Assembly (NCBI GenBank): GCA_024232855.1
Contig: JAAEPH010000312.1
Coordinates: 1,091-65,090, forward strand
Direction of reading: 5' to 3'
DNA from: Gammaproteobacteria bacterium
GTDB lineage: Bacteria > Pseudomonadota > Gammaproteobacteria > GCA-001735895
DNA length: 64,000 bases
The notes under the pieces are model-generated. The model saw only the letters and a list, made by a program, of their open reading frames with translations, searched no databases and was not told the DNA's origin. Positions 20,737 through 28,790 of this stretch are shown here, piece by piece. Within the stretch, counting starts at the first letter, position 1; each line of letters begins with the position of its first letter. A program made the position numbers and the translations under genes.

Positions 20737-21167
20737 TGCGCGCTCTCCTTACCGTCGTGCATATCGGCCAGTTCCGGCGGCATGTAATTCTCATCGTGCT
20801 TGGCGAGCACTTCCTCCGCAATGAATTCACCGGATGCGTTCAATTTGCCGTTGGCGATGATGCCCTGCCCCTCGCGGAACAGGTCCGGCAGAATTCCGGT
20901 GTATTTTACGATTACGCTGTGCTCGTTGTCGGTCAGGTCAAATTCGACCGTCAAACCGTCGCCGGGGCGATGGACGCTGCCTTCGACGACCATGCCGCCC
21001 ATGCGGAACAGCTTGTCGGTGGGCGCCTTGCCGGATATCACTTCGCTCGGGCTAAAGAAAAACATGATGTTCTGATCCAGCGATTTGAGCGCAAAACCGA
21101 CACCGGTAGCAACGCCGCCAACCATTAGCAGGATCAATGCCAGTCGTTTCTTTCTTGCAGGAGTCAT
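20733..21167 (-). CDS. ccmE: Heme chaperone CcmE
   Basis: N-terminal anchor and the conserved heme-binding region ...GKAPTDKLFRMGGMV... Confidence 0.9.
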   Translation of the reverse strand: MTPARKKRLALILLMVGGVATGVGFALKSLDQNIMFFFSPSEVISGKAPTDKLFRMGGMVVEGSVHRPGDGLTVEFDLTDNEHSVIVKYTGILPDLFREGQGIIANGKLNASGEFIAEEVLAKHDENYMPPELADMHDGKESAQ

Positions 21168-21304
21168 TTCCGTTCAGCCTTTTTGCGCCTTTTTAGCTGG
21201 CGCAACTCTTTTTCGTGTTGTTTACAGGGAAGATACCAGTTCAACCACAGCACCAGTGCCGCGAGCCCGTAACTTGGCCATACAAAGGCGGCGTAACCAC
21301 CCAT
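21164..21304 (-). CDS. ccmD: Heme exporter protein CcmD (46 aa; absent from the ORF track because it is under 60 aa)
   Basis: Manual translation gives MGGYAAFVWPSYGLAALVLWLNWYLPCKQHEKELRQLKRRKKAERK*. The stop overlaps the ccmE ATG, and it fills the ccmC-ccmE gap. The coordinates may be off by 1-2 nt. Confidence 0.7.
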   Translation of the reverse strand: MGGYAAFVWPSYGLAALVLWLNWYLPCKQHEKELRQLKRRKKAERK

Positions 21305-21322
21305 TTTGAAAAATTCCAGCAC

Positions 21323-22048
21323 TTAAAGTTCCTCAACCCATTTGCTGTTGCGTTCGCGCCTCAACAGTTCGGCCCGGCATTTCTGAAACAGGGCCAGAAC
21401 ATAATAAACCTGGAATGCCAGCGCCATCAGCAACAGCGGCAGCAGCATGCTCCAGTGGATCGAAGGCTTGTCGAACTTGGTCACGGTCGGCCCCTGGTGC
21501 AGCGAATGCCACCACTCCACCGAGTAGTGAATAATGGGAATGTTGACGACGCCGACGAGCGCAAGAATGGCAACGGCCCGTCCCGCGGTGCGCTTGTCGT
21601 CGATAGCATTATGCAGACCGATGATTCCGAGGTACAAAAACAGCAGGATCAGTTCCGAAGTCAGGCGCGCATCCCAGACCCAGTAGGTTCCCCACATCGG
21701 TTTACCCCACAGCGAGCCGGTGACCAGCGCCAGGAAGGTAAAGCTGGCGCCGATCGGCGCGCTGCTGATCAATACCACCTCGGCCAGTTTCATGTGCCAT
21801 ATGATGATGATGGCCCCACAAATCGCCATGACCACGTAGATGAACAAAGACATCCAGGCGGAGGGCACGTGTACGAAAATGATGCGATAACTTTCGCCCT
21901 GCTGGTAGTCGGGCGGCGCCTCGACCAGGCCGCCATAGAGTCCGGCCGCCAGTAACAGCAGGAAAATCCAGCCGAGCCATGGAATCCATTTGCCGGCGAT
22001 ACGGTAGAAGTGCGGGGGCGAACCTAACTTGTGAAACCAGAGAAACAT
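21323..22048 (-). CDS. ccmC: Heme exporter protein CcmC
   Basis: Start placed at Met51 of ORF 21323..22198 (MFLWFHKLGSPPHFYRIAGKW...). WGTYWVWD (WWD) motif. Confidence 0.9.
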   Translation of the reverse strand: MFLWFHKLGSPPHFYRIAGKWIPWLGWIFLLLLAAGLYGGLVEAPPDYQQGESYRIIFVHVPSAWMSLFIYVVMAICGAIIIIWHMKLAEVVLISSAPIGASFTFLALVTGSLWGKPMWGTYWVWDARLTSELILLFLYLGIIGLHNAIDDKRTAGRAVAILALVGVVNIPIIHYSVEWWHSLHQGPTVTKFDKPSIHWSMLLPLLLMALAFQVYYVLALFQKCRAELLRRERNSKWVEEL

Positions 22049-22058
22049 GGGTACCCGT

Positions 22059-22745
22059 CTAGCTAGCGGACATTCGTAGCGCCGCGGCCGTGGCCCAGGG
22101 CGATAGCGAGATCGATAAGAACAGAAATGCCAGCAACATGTAAATCTGCGCGGAGGGGTCAAACCCGCTCGCGGCATTTTCGGTTGCGCTGGCGGCAAAA
22201 ATTAAAACCGGCACGTATAACGGCAGTACCAGCAGGGACAGAATTATACCACCTTTTCGCAGCCCGACGGTCAAGGCGACACCGATGGCGCCGATCAGGC
22301 TCAGGATCGGCGTACCGATGAGGATGGTCAATAACAGGGTCGTTTGCGCCGCTACCGGCATACCCAGCATTTCCGCCAGCAGCGGTGCGACGAGCAGCAA
22401 CGGCAAACCGGTTACCAGCCAGTGCGCACTCACCTTGGCCAGCACCAGCACCGCTACCGGATGTGCGCTGAGCAGAATCTGTTCGAGCGAGCCATCGTCG
22501 AAATCGGAGCGGAATATACTGTCCAGCGACAGCATGGCCGCCAGTAGCGCCGCAACCCAGATGATACCGGGCGCAATGCGCGCCAGCAGCTCCGGCGAGG
22601 CGCCGAGCGCCAGTGGAAACAGGGTAATGACCAGCACGAAGAACAGCAGCGGCATCGCGTACTCGGCACGGTTGCGCAGCGCCAGCAGCAGGTCACGCCT
22701 GAGCAGGAAGACAAAGGCCTGGGATAACGACAGGCGATGACTCAT
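22059..22745 (-). CDS. ccmB: Heme exporter permease CcmB
   Basis: Six-TM ABC-2 type permease with a conserved CcmB N-terminus. Confidence 0.88.
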   Translation of the reverse strand: MSHRLSLSQAFVFLLRRDLLLALRNRAEYAMPLLFFVLVITLFPLALGASPELLARIAPGIIWVAALLAAMLSLDSIFRSDFDDGSLEQILLSAHPVAVLVLAKVSAHWLVTGLPLLLVAPLLAEMLGMPVAAQTTLLLTILIGTPILSLIGAIGVALTVGLRKGGIILSLLVLPLYVPVLIFAASATENAASGFDPSAQIYMLLAFLFLSISLSPWATAAALRMSAS

Positions 22746-23374
22746 GACGGCATTCCCAGTTGCAGTCGCTGCAGCGCCTGATGCGGCAGCGAAATGTCGT
22801 GATGCGAAGTCACGACGATCATACCCTGTCGCTGCAGATGGTGCTCAAATGCGGATGCGAACATCGCCATGCTGGCCTTGTCCAGCGATGTGAAAGGTTC
22901 GTCCAGTATCCACAGGGTCGCTTCGGTGGCGAGCAATCTCGCCAGCGCGAGTCGGCGCTTCTGCCCTGCCGAGAGACTGCCGACATCGGTTTCGCCATAG
23001 GCATAGAGGTTGACCTGTTCGAGCACGTCATCGAGATCATTGTCTGAAGGCGCGCCCATGGCCCTCGCCAGACGCAAGTTCTCGAGGCAGGAGAGTTCGT
23101 GTTTGACGCCGTCGTGATGGCCGACGTAATTGACCTGTTCGAAGTAATCGCCGGCGAGACGGTCGATGGGTTCACCGCGCCACAGTACCTGGCCGCCGTC
23201 AGCCATTCTGAGTCCCGTGAGGATGCGTAGCAGGCTGGTCTTGCCGCAACCGTTGGGACCTTCAACGACCAGCATCTGCCCCGCATCGAGGCTGATTTCG
23301 AGCTGCTCGAACAACAGGCGATCGTTACGCATGCAGCTAAGATCGCGGGTCTGGAGTAAAACCGAAGGAGACAT
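22742..23374 (-). CDS. ccmA: Heme exporter ATP-binding protein CcmA
   Basis: Walker A GPNGCGKTS, ABC signature LSAGQKRR, Walker B ILDEP. Confidence 0.9.
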   Translation of the reverse strand: MSPSVLLQTRDLSCMRNDRLLFEQLEISLDAGQMLVVEGPNGCGKTSLLRILTGLRMADGGQVLWRGEPIDRLAGDYFEQVNYVGHHDGVKHELSCLENLRLARAMGAPSDNDLDDVLEQVNLYAYGETDVGSLSAGQKRRLALARLLATEATLWILDEPFTSLDKASMAMFASAFEHHLQRQGMIVVTSHHDISLPHQALQRLQLGMPS

Positions 23375-23509
23375 ACCTGGGCTGGGAATTGAGGAGCCAG
23401 AAGATTAGCCTTGCGCCCGTAAACGATCAACTCATTTTTTTGATATAGGTCAGACTAAGTTACAATCGAAAGGGATAACCTGTAACTAAATCTGAACGGG
23501 AGTCGAATC

Positions 23510-23812
23510 ATGAGCAACAAAGAGCATTTAATCGAACAGCATATTCGCGAATACGAGTCTCGCCTGAAGCATATCGACGAACTCTATGTGCGCGCACATG
23601 AGGCCGCCGAACAGCTCCATGAGGATCACGACGCGCACTCCGAACTTCGGGATATCAAAACCCGGCGCCAGCAGTTGCCGCAACACGCCGACGAAATCAA
23701 GTCCATGCCGGTGGAACACTGGCGCGAGGAAACGGTGCAGAAGGCTGGTCCCATGGCGATCTGGGATATTCTAGCGCAAAAACTGGAAGACTTTATCGAA
23801 CGCCACGAGTAG
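23510..23812 (+). CDS. Hypothetical 100-aa helical protein
   Basis: ORF divergent from ccmA. A putative sigma70 promoter (ttgata...tacaat) lies upstream. No recognisable domain. Confidence 0.4.
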   Translation: MSNKEHLIEQHIREYESRLKHIDELYVRAHEAAEQLHEDHDAHSELRDIKTRRQQLPQHADEIKSMPVEHWREETVQKAGPMAIWDILAQKLEDFIERHE

Positions 23813-23847
23813 GCACCGGCACTATTTGATCTCAGCACTCCAAAAAA

Positions 23848-23976
23848 GTGTTCTCGCAGAGGCGCAGGGAACGCTGAGGACATTTTGCAGGGTGAATGCC
23901 TGGCTATCTCTATTTAAATTTGGACAGCCCCTATATACCTCCGCGAGCCCCGCGTCTCTGCGCCTCCGCGAGAACC
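23848..23976. repeat. REP/MITE-like inverted-repeat element, family A, copy 1
   Basis: Arms gtgttctcgcagaggcgcagggaacgc ... cctccgcgagccccgcgtctctgcgcctccgcgagaacc, between convergent genes. The same arm sequences recur at 58814-59005. Confidence 0.6.
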
Positions 23977-23992
23977 TTCCCGGGGAGGTGGG

Positions 23993-24919
23993 CTAGCTGC
24001 CTGGCGGGAACTTGTTGCCGCGTTTTTCCGCCTCGATGAAAACACGTTTTATCTGCGGGTATTCCTGCTTGATGCTGCGATCGATAGCGGCGATATCGGC
24101 CTTGACCTGTTTTGCGGTGATGCGGCCATCAAAATCGACACTGATATTCGCGAGAATGAAATCCGGCCCCATGTGCATGGTCAGTATCTCGTTTACGTGG
24201 TCAATGTTGGCCTTGCCGCGCAGGCTGTCGCGAATTCCGCGAATGACCGACTGGTTGGCGCTCTCCCCGATTAACAGGCCCTTGGTTTCGTAGGCCAGCC
24301 AGATCGACGTGCCCAGCAAAATCAGGCCGATAATAATCGAGGCGATACCATCGAACATCAGTATGCCGGTGGTCTCGCTCAACCACACCCCGGCAAACGC
24401 CACCAGCAGGCCAAGCATGGCGGCGCTGTCCTCGAACAGAACCACGAATATCGAGGGATCCTTGGCGCGTTGTATCGCCTCCAGGTAACCCCAGCGACCC
24501 TTGACCCGATTGAATTCGAGAAACGCGAAATACCAGGCGGCGCCTTCGAACACCAGCGCCAATCCGAGCACGATGTAATTGACCAACGCGTTAGTGATCG
24601 GCTCGGGGTGCTGCACGTGTTGAACACCCTCGTATATCGAGATACCGCCGCCGAGCGCAAATATCAGGATGGCGACGATGAAGCTCCAGAAGTAAATCTC
24701 CTTGCCATAACCAAAGGGAAATTCTTCATCCGCGGGCCGCGCCGCGCGTTTCATGCCGTAGAGCAACAGGATCTGGTTCCCGGTATCGACCAGTGAGTGG
24801 ATTCCTTCCGACATCATCGCCGCACTACCGGTGATCGAGGCCGCGACGAACTTTGTAATCGATATCAGGCTGTTACCGATCAACGCCGCGATAATGACCA
24901 ATTTTGAGCCCGATGCCAT
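23993..24919 (-). CDS. Cation diffusion facilitator (CDF) family metal efflux transporter
   Basis: Six TM helices plus a C-terminal cytoplasmic domain with a typical CDF signature. Start placed at Met35 (MASGSKLVII...) of ORF 23993..25021. Confidence 0.8.
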   Translation of the reverse strand: MASGSKLVIIAALIGNSLISITKFVAASITGSAAMMSEGIHSLVDTGNQILLLYGMKRAARPADEEFPFGYGKEIYFWSFIVAILIFALGGGISIYEGVQHVQHPEPITNALVNYIVLGLALVFEGAAWYFAFLEFNRVKGRWGYLEAIQRAKDPSIFVVLFEDSAAMLGLLVAFAGVWLSETTGILMFDGIASIIIGLILLGTSIWLAYETKGLLIGESANQSVIRGIRDSLRGKANIDHVNEILTMHMGPDFILANISVDFDGRITAKQVKADIAAIDRSIKQEYPQIKRVFIEAEKRGNKFPPGS

Positions 24920-25085
24920 GTTTATTTCCTCTCCAGGATGCACGGCTACTATAGCCCATCGGGGATCGCTCGCAAAAATACCGGCTGCGATCCAATTTTT
25001 GCATTGCTGGAGTGCGCACACTCTACTAGAATCCGCGCAGTCAAAACCGGGCTAAACAACAGCCCTTACGCGGAATCCAGGTCTT

Positions 25086-26381
25086 ATGTGGAAAAACCTC
25101 ACAGCATGCTGGGCGATACTGCTCGGCATCGGTTTCATGATGCTGGCCAACGGCCTGCAGGGCACGCTGTTGGGCGTACGCGCCAGTATCGAGGGTTTTG
25201 AGACCTTTACCACCGGCATCATGATGTCGGGTTATTTCATCGGCCTTTTTATCGGCTCGATAGTGGCGCCGATCCTGGTCAATCGGGTTGGCCATATTCG
25301 CGTGTTCTCGGCCCTGGCCTCGCTCGCATCGATATCGATACTGTTTCACGGCGTCTATATCGACCCCTGGATATGGATGGCCATGCGCGTGATTACCGGC
25401 ATCAGCTTTGCCGGTTTCTATGTCGTCGCCGAGAGCTGGCTGAACGATCGCGCCAGCAACGAAACCCGCGGCAAGGTGTTATCGGTCTACATGGTCATCG
25501 TCACCGGCAGTATGGGCGCCGGGCAGTTCCTGCTCAACCTCGCCAAACCCGATGCGATCGACCTGTTCATCCTGATTTCGGTGATTATTTCATTCGGCCT
25601 GATCCCGATTCTGCTCACCGTGAAACCGGCGCCCAGCTTCACCACCTCGTCGAAGATGTCGGTCATCGACCTCTACCGGGCCTCACCGCTGGCGGTGATC
25701 GGTAACTGTCTTACCGGCATGGCGCATGGCACCATCTTTGGTCTCGGCGCAATCTATGCGACCGAGGTGCTGGCCGACATCAAGTCGATCTCGTGGTTCA
25801 TGGCCTGTTTTCTCATCGGCAGCCTGATCCTGCAATGGCCGGTCGGCTACATTTCGGACCGCATCGGCCGACGTGGTGTCATGGCGGCACTGTCCATCGC
25901 CGCGATCGTCTGTTGCCTGCTGGCGGTCTTCGTGCCCAAGAACAGCCTGTTCTTCTATCTCGTTATCGTCGCCCTTGGCGGCGTGGCGATGCCGATGTAT
26001 TCGATCTGCGTGGCCTATGCCAACGACCGGCTCGCACCCCACCAGATTATCGGCGCCAGTGGCAGCCTGGTCATGGTATCCGGGATCGGTGCGATGACGG
26101 GCCCCATCACCATCGCATTTTTAATGGATTCCTTCGGCATGGCGTTTTACTTCTGGGGGATCGCGTTGGTATTCATGACCATCCTGCTGTTTACCCTGAT
26201 CCGCATAGGTACGCGCCCCGGAATCGCCCCGGCGGAGCAGTCGGCGCTGGTTGCCGGACCCTTTGGTACACCGATTGCCGAGTACCTGTCACCCGGTTCG
26301 GTCGAATATGCCGAAGCCGTGGCTACCCATGAACTCGGCAAGCTCGACGAGCAGGAAGACGTTACCGAACGCCAGCTATAG
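25086..26381 (+). CDS. MFS transporter (YcaD/YfkF-like)
   Basis: Twelve-TM MFS topology, 431 aa. Confidence 0.75.
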   Translation: MWKNLTACWAILLGIGFMMLANGLQGTLLGVRASIEGFETFTTGIMMSGYFIGLFIGSIVAPILVNRVGHIRVFSALASLASISILFHGVYIDPWIWMAMRVITGISFAGFYVVAESWLNDRASNETRGKVLSVYMVIVTGSMGAGQFLLNLAKPDAIDLFILISVIISFGLIPILLTVKPAPSFTTSSKMSVIDLYRASPLAVIGNCLTGMAHGTIFGLGAIYATEVLADIKSISWFMACFLIGSLILQWPVGYISDRIGRRGVMAALSIAAIVCCLLAVFVPKNSLFFYLVIVALGGVAMPMYSICVAYANDRLAPHQIIGASGSLVMVSGIGAMTGPITIAFLMDSFGMAFYFWGIALVFMTILLFTLIRIGTRPGIAPAEQSALVAGPFGTPIAEYLSPGSVEYAEAVATHELGKLDEQEDVTERQL

Positions 26382-26849
26382 ACCCGGTGCAGATCCAGCA
26401 GGAAACGCATTCTGCCATCGCGATCGACGACCACGGTGGTAGGCATGGCGATGACCTTGTACAGCTTGCTGACCGTGTTGGTGTCGTCGAGCAGAATCGG
26501 GAAGTCCACCGGGAAATTTCTTAAAAAAACCTTCCGCGCTGGCGGAATTCTCCTCGACGTTTACGCCCCACACCGTGAAGCCGAGCGGTTCATACTTGTT
26601 GTGCAGGGCGTTCAGCAAGGGCATTTCCTCGCGACAGGGTCCGCACCAAGACGCCCAGAAATTGATCAATACGACGTTACCGGCCAATTCACTGAGCTTG
26701 AGGTTTTTGCCACCCAGTGATTTGAGGGTGAAATCGGGCGCCGCTTCGTCGATTTCGGCCGCGTCCGCCGCGGCGACGGGCACAAAGGCGACAAAACCGG
26801 CCAGCAACAGACCTGTCAACCCGCGCGAAAAATTACATATCATATTCAT
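26376..26849 (-). pseudogene. TlpA-like periplasmic thiol:disulfide oxidoreductase with a frameshift at a T7/A7 homopolymer
   Basis: Frame A carries the signal peptide and WASWCGPC up to ...AEGFFKKF. The rest of the fold (P)VDFPILLDDTNTVSKLYKVIAMPTTVVVDRDGRMRF is in the +1 frame (ORF 26147..26509). The break is at ggtttttttaag (about 26521-26530). With one fewer T the reading is ...EGFLRNFPVDFPILLD. Confidence 0.7.
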
Positions 26850-26854
26850 ACTCC

Positions 26855-27508
26855 TCAGAAAAACAGGTTTACCGCCACGGTGAATTCAAGATTATGGGTC
26901 GTCTCCTCTTTACCGAAAATATCCATGTCGAAAACCAGGTCCCGCATTTCGATATCAAGACTGAAGTTGTCGGTGAAAACGGTACGGTGGCCGGCTGCAT
27001 AGGTCAGTGTATGCCGCTCGTCGCCGGCGAAATCGGTCGAGCCGAGGCCGCCGGAAATGTAAAACACCGTATTAAATGTAGTCGAATCGGTAAGGAATGC
27101 CTCACCCGGAAACAGGTTGAAACCCAGGCTGATCAGGTAATACTCGACATCGCGCTCGGAGTCGGAAAGTAACGGGGCGCCGCCGCTTAGTTTTTCAAAA
27201 CTGGTCTTGCCGACCTTGCTGCTGCCATAGGAGGCCTGCACGAAAAAATCCTCGGAGATGTGATAGCCGAGCCTGAGGCCGCTGACGAAGTTGGTATCGA
27301 AATTTTCTACCGCGAGGTAGCCACCGTAGAGGGCAATCTCGAAATCAGCCGTGTCAATCAATGATTCATCAAAATCCACACGTTCGATCTGAGGCTCGAT
27401 CAAACTGGTCTGCCCGTCCTCGTCGCTTTGCGCGGCAGCTTCGGCTGCCGGCAGGACCAGGACCAAAAACCTTAGCGCTAGTAAAATACCGCGAAACCGA
27501 CTTTCCAT
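26855..27508 (-). CDS. Small outer-membrane beta-barrel protein (OmpW/OmpA-TM-like, PF13505-like)
   Basis: Signal peptide MESRFRGILLALRFLVLVLPAAEAAA, alternating amphipathic beta-strands, and a C-terminal ...VAVNLFF aromatic terminus. Confidence 0.7.
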   Translation of the reverse strand: MESRFRGILLALRFLVLVLPAAEAAAQSDEDGQTSLIEPQIERVDFDESLIDTADFEIALYGGYLAVENFDTNFVSGLRLGYHISEDFFVQASYGSSKVGKTSFEKLSGGAPLLSDSERDVEYYLISLGFNLFPGEAFLTDSTTFNTVFYISGGLGSTDFAGDERHTLTYAAGHRTVFTDNFSLDIEMRDLVFDMDIFGKEETTHNLEFTVAVNLFF

Positions 27509-27930
27509 TCGTTTGCTACCTCATTGCTTTTGTTGGTGCTGGTCGTCGAAAAAATGACATACTCGTTGACTTCGATTCGAAACAGAAAACTGCGGCTGAC
27601 ATAGCGCTGTACGCCGATTCCAACCTGGGCAAAGGCGCTGGTGTCATCGTTGGCCGTAATCAGCGAGCTGCTGGACTTGATCTTGACCTTACCGAATCCC
27701 TGCGTCATGTAAGGGGAATACTTCAAATCCGGCAGTGGTTGCATCACCAGGTTTCCCTTGAGGAAAGTGCTACTCGATACGCTGCCGGTCGATTGCCCAA
27801 ATTGCGCCTCGACGGCCATATTGTCGGTAAACGAGTAACCGCTGAAAAGGGTGAATACCGGGGTCGATTCAAATTCGCCGCCGGTAACGCCGAATACCCA
27901 CCTGCGCCTTGCAAAGTCATCTTCATCGAG
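27478..27930 (-). pseudogene. Paralogous outer-membrane beta-barrel segment lacking a start codon and signal peptide (probable 5'-truncated remnant)
   Basis: Residues 172-314 of ORF 27478..28422 (...FGVTGGEFESTPVFTLFSGYSF...WKVGFAVFY*) resemble the downstream OMP. The N-terminal 170 codons of that ORF are antisense of exbD and of low quality. No in-frame Met or signal peptide is present. Confidence 0.5.
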
Positions 27931-28347
27931 ATGGTGTCGCTGATGGACATCTTCACCATTCTGGTTTTTTTCCTGCTGGTAAACGCCACCAGCACCGAAG
28001 TGCTGCCTTCTCTGAAGAACATCATCCTGCCCGAGGCCGCCACCGAGAAACTGCCGACGCGTAACCTCGTGATTGCCGTCGACGAACGCGTCATCCGCTT
28101 GCAGGGAAAGGCCATTATCACGGTGAAGGATGCACTCGGCAACGACCGGAAAACCATCAGGCCCCTGTTCGAGGCGCTCGCGGAGGCGGCGGTTTCGGTC
28201 AAGGACATTACCGACAGGAAAGGCGTCACCATCATGGGCGACCAGGCGATTTCTTACGGTTTGCTGAAAAAAATCATGCTCACCTGCGCCGCTACGCGAT
28301 ACACCAACATTTCCTTTGCCGTCAACCAGAAGGCGCCGGATAGCTGA
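27931..28347 (+). CDS. exbD: ExbD/TolR-family biopolymer transport protein, with no adjacent exbB/tolQ
   Basis: The C-terminal 138 aa of ORF 27361..28347 contain the TM helix SLMDIFTILVFFLLV and the periplasmic domain ...LVIAVDERVIRLQGK...GVTIMGDQAISYGLLKKIMLTCAATRYTNISFAV, matching the ExbD/TolR pattern. The upstream part of that ORF is antisense of the OMP remnant. Confidence 0.7.
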   Translation: MVSLMDIFTILVFFLLVNATSTEVLPSLKNIILPEAATEKLPTRNLVIAVDERVIRLQGKAIITVKDALGNDRKTIRPLFEALAEAAVSVKDITDRKGVTIMGDQAISYGLLKKIMLTCAATRYTNISFAVNQKAPDS

Positions 28348-28790
28348 TGGCAACAGGCACGGCAACGCTGGAACCCAATCTACCCTGGGCAGATCACCGC
28401 GAGGATCGCGTATTTCGCACACTCACGATCGTCATGCTGCTGTTGTTCCTCGGCGCCGGCGTGTCATTGAACCTTGTCACACTCCCCGAGGTAGTACAGA
28501 AAAACCTGGTCGACGTCTCGCCGCGCCTGGCGAAGCTGATTCTCGAAAAACAAAAAGTCAAACCACCGCCAAAAAAAGAGCTGGTCAAAAAGGAAGTCGA
28601 AAAGAAAGAAGTGAAGAAGAAGGAAAAGACGAAAAAAGAGAAGGAGGTAAAAAAGGAAAGCGCCCGTGAAATCGCCAGCAAAAGTGGTTTGATCGCGCTC
28701 AGCGACGAGCTCGAAGATTTACGTGAAGCCTTCGACCTCGACGATACACTCGGATTACCGCAGCAGACCAACGGTAGCCAGGAAGTCAAG
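28347..28790 (+). pseudogene. TonB/TolA-like N-terminal region (TM helix plus Lys/Glu-rich linker) whose frame decays into low-quality sequence
   Basis: MATGTATLEPN...RTLTIVMLLLFLGAGVSL... then KPPPKKELVKKEVEKKEVKKKEKTKKEKEVKKE. After about residue 150 the frame-0 translation becomes Arg/Pro/Gly junk with no TonB C-terminal domain. Confidence 0.5.

Noticed and set aside
19643-20830. Multiple Arg/Pro-rich ORFs overlapping ccmF on both strands
   Set aside because: They are alternative frames of a GC-rich gene. CcmF is unambiguous.
26147-26509. ORF 26147..26509 as an independent 120-aa gene
   Set aside because: Its first about 35 aa are the frameshifted continuation of the TlpA-like gene. The remainder is antisense to the 3' end of the MFS gene.
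27361-27930. N-terminal 190 codons of ORF 27361..28347
   Set aside because: This stretch is antisense to the OMP beta-barrel remnant and has junk-like composition. Only the C-terminal 138 aa, from 27931, resemble ExbD/TolR.
27931-28422. N-terminal about 170 codons of minus-strand ORF 27478..28422
   Set aside because: It is antisense to exbD and rich in R/D/G, typical of a non-coding frame in high-GC DNA. The beta-barrel-like part begins only around residue 172.
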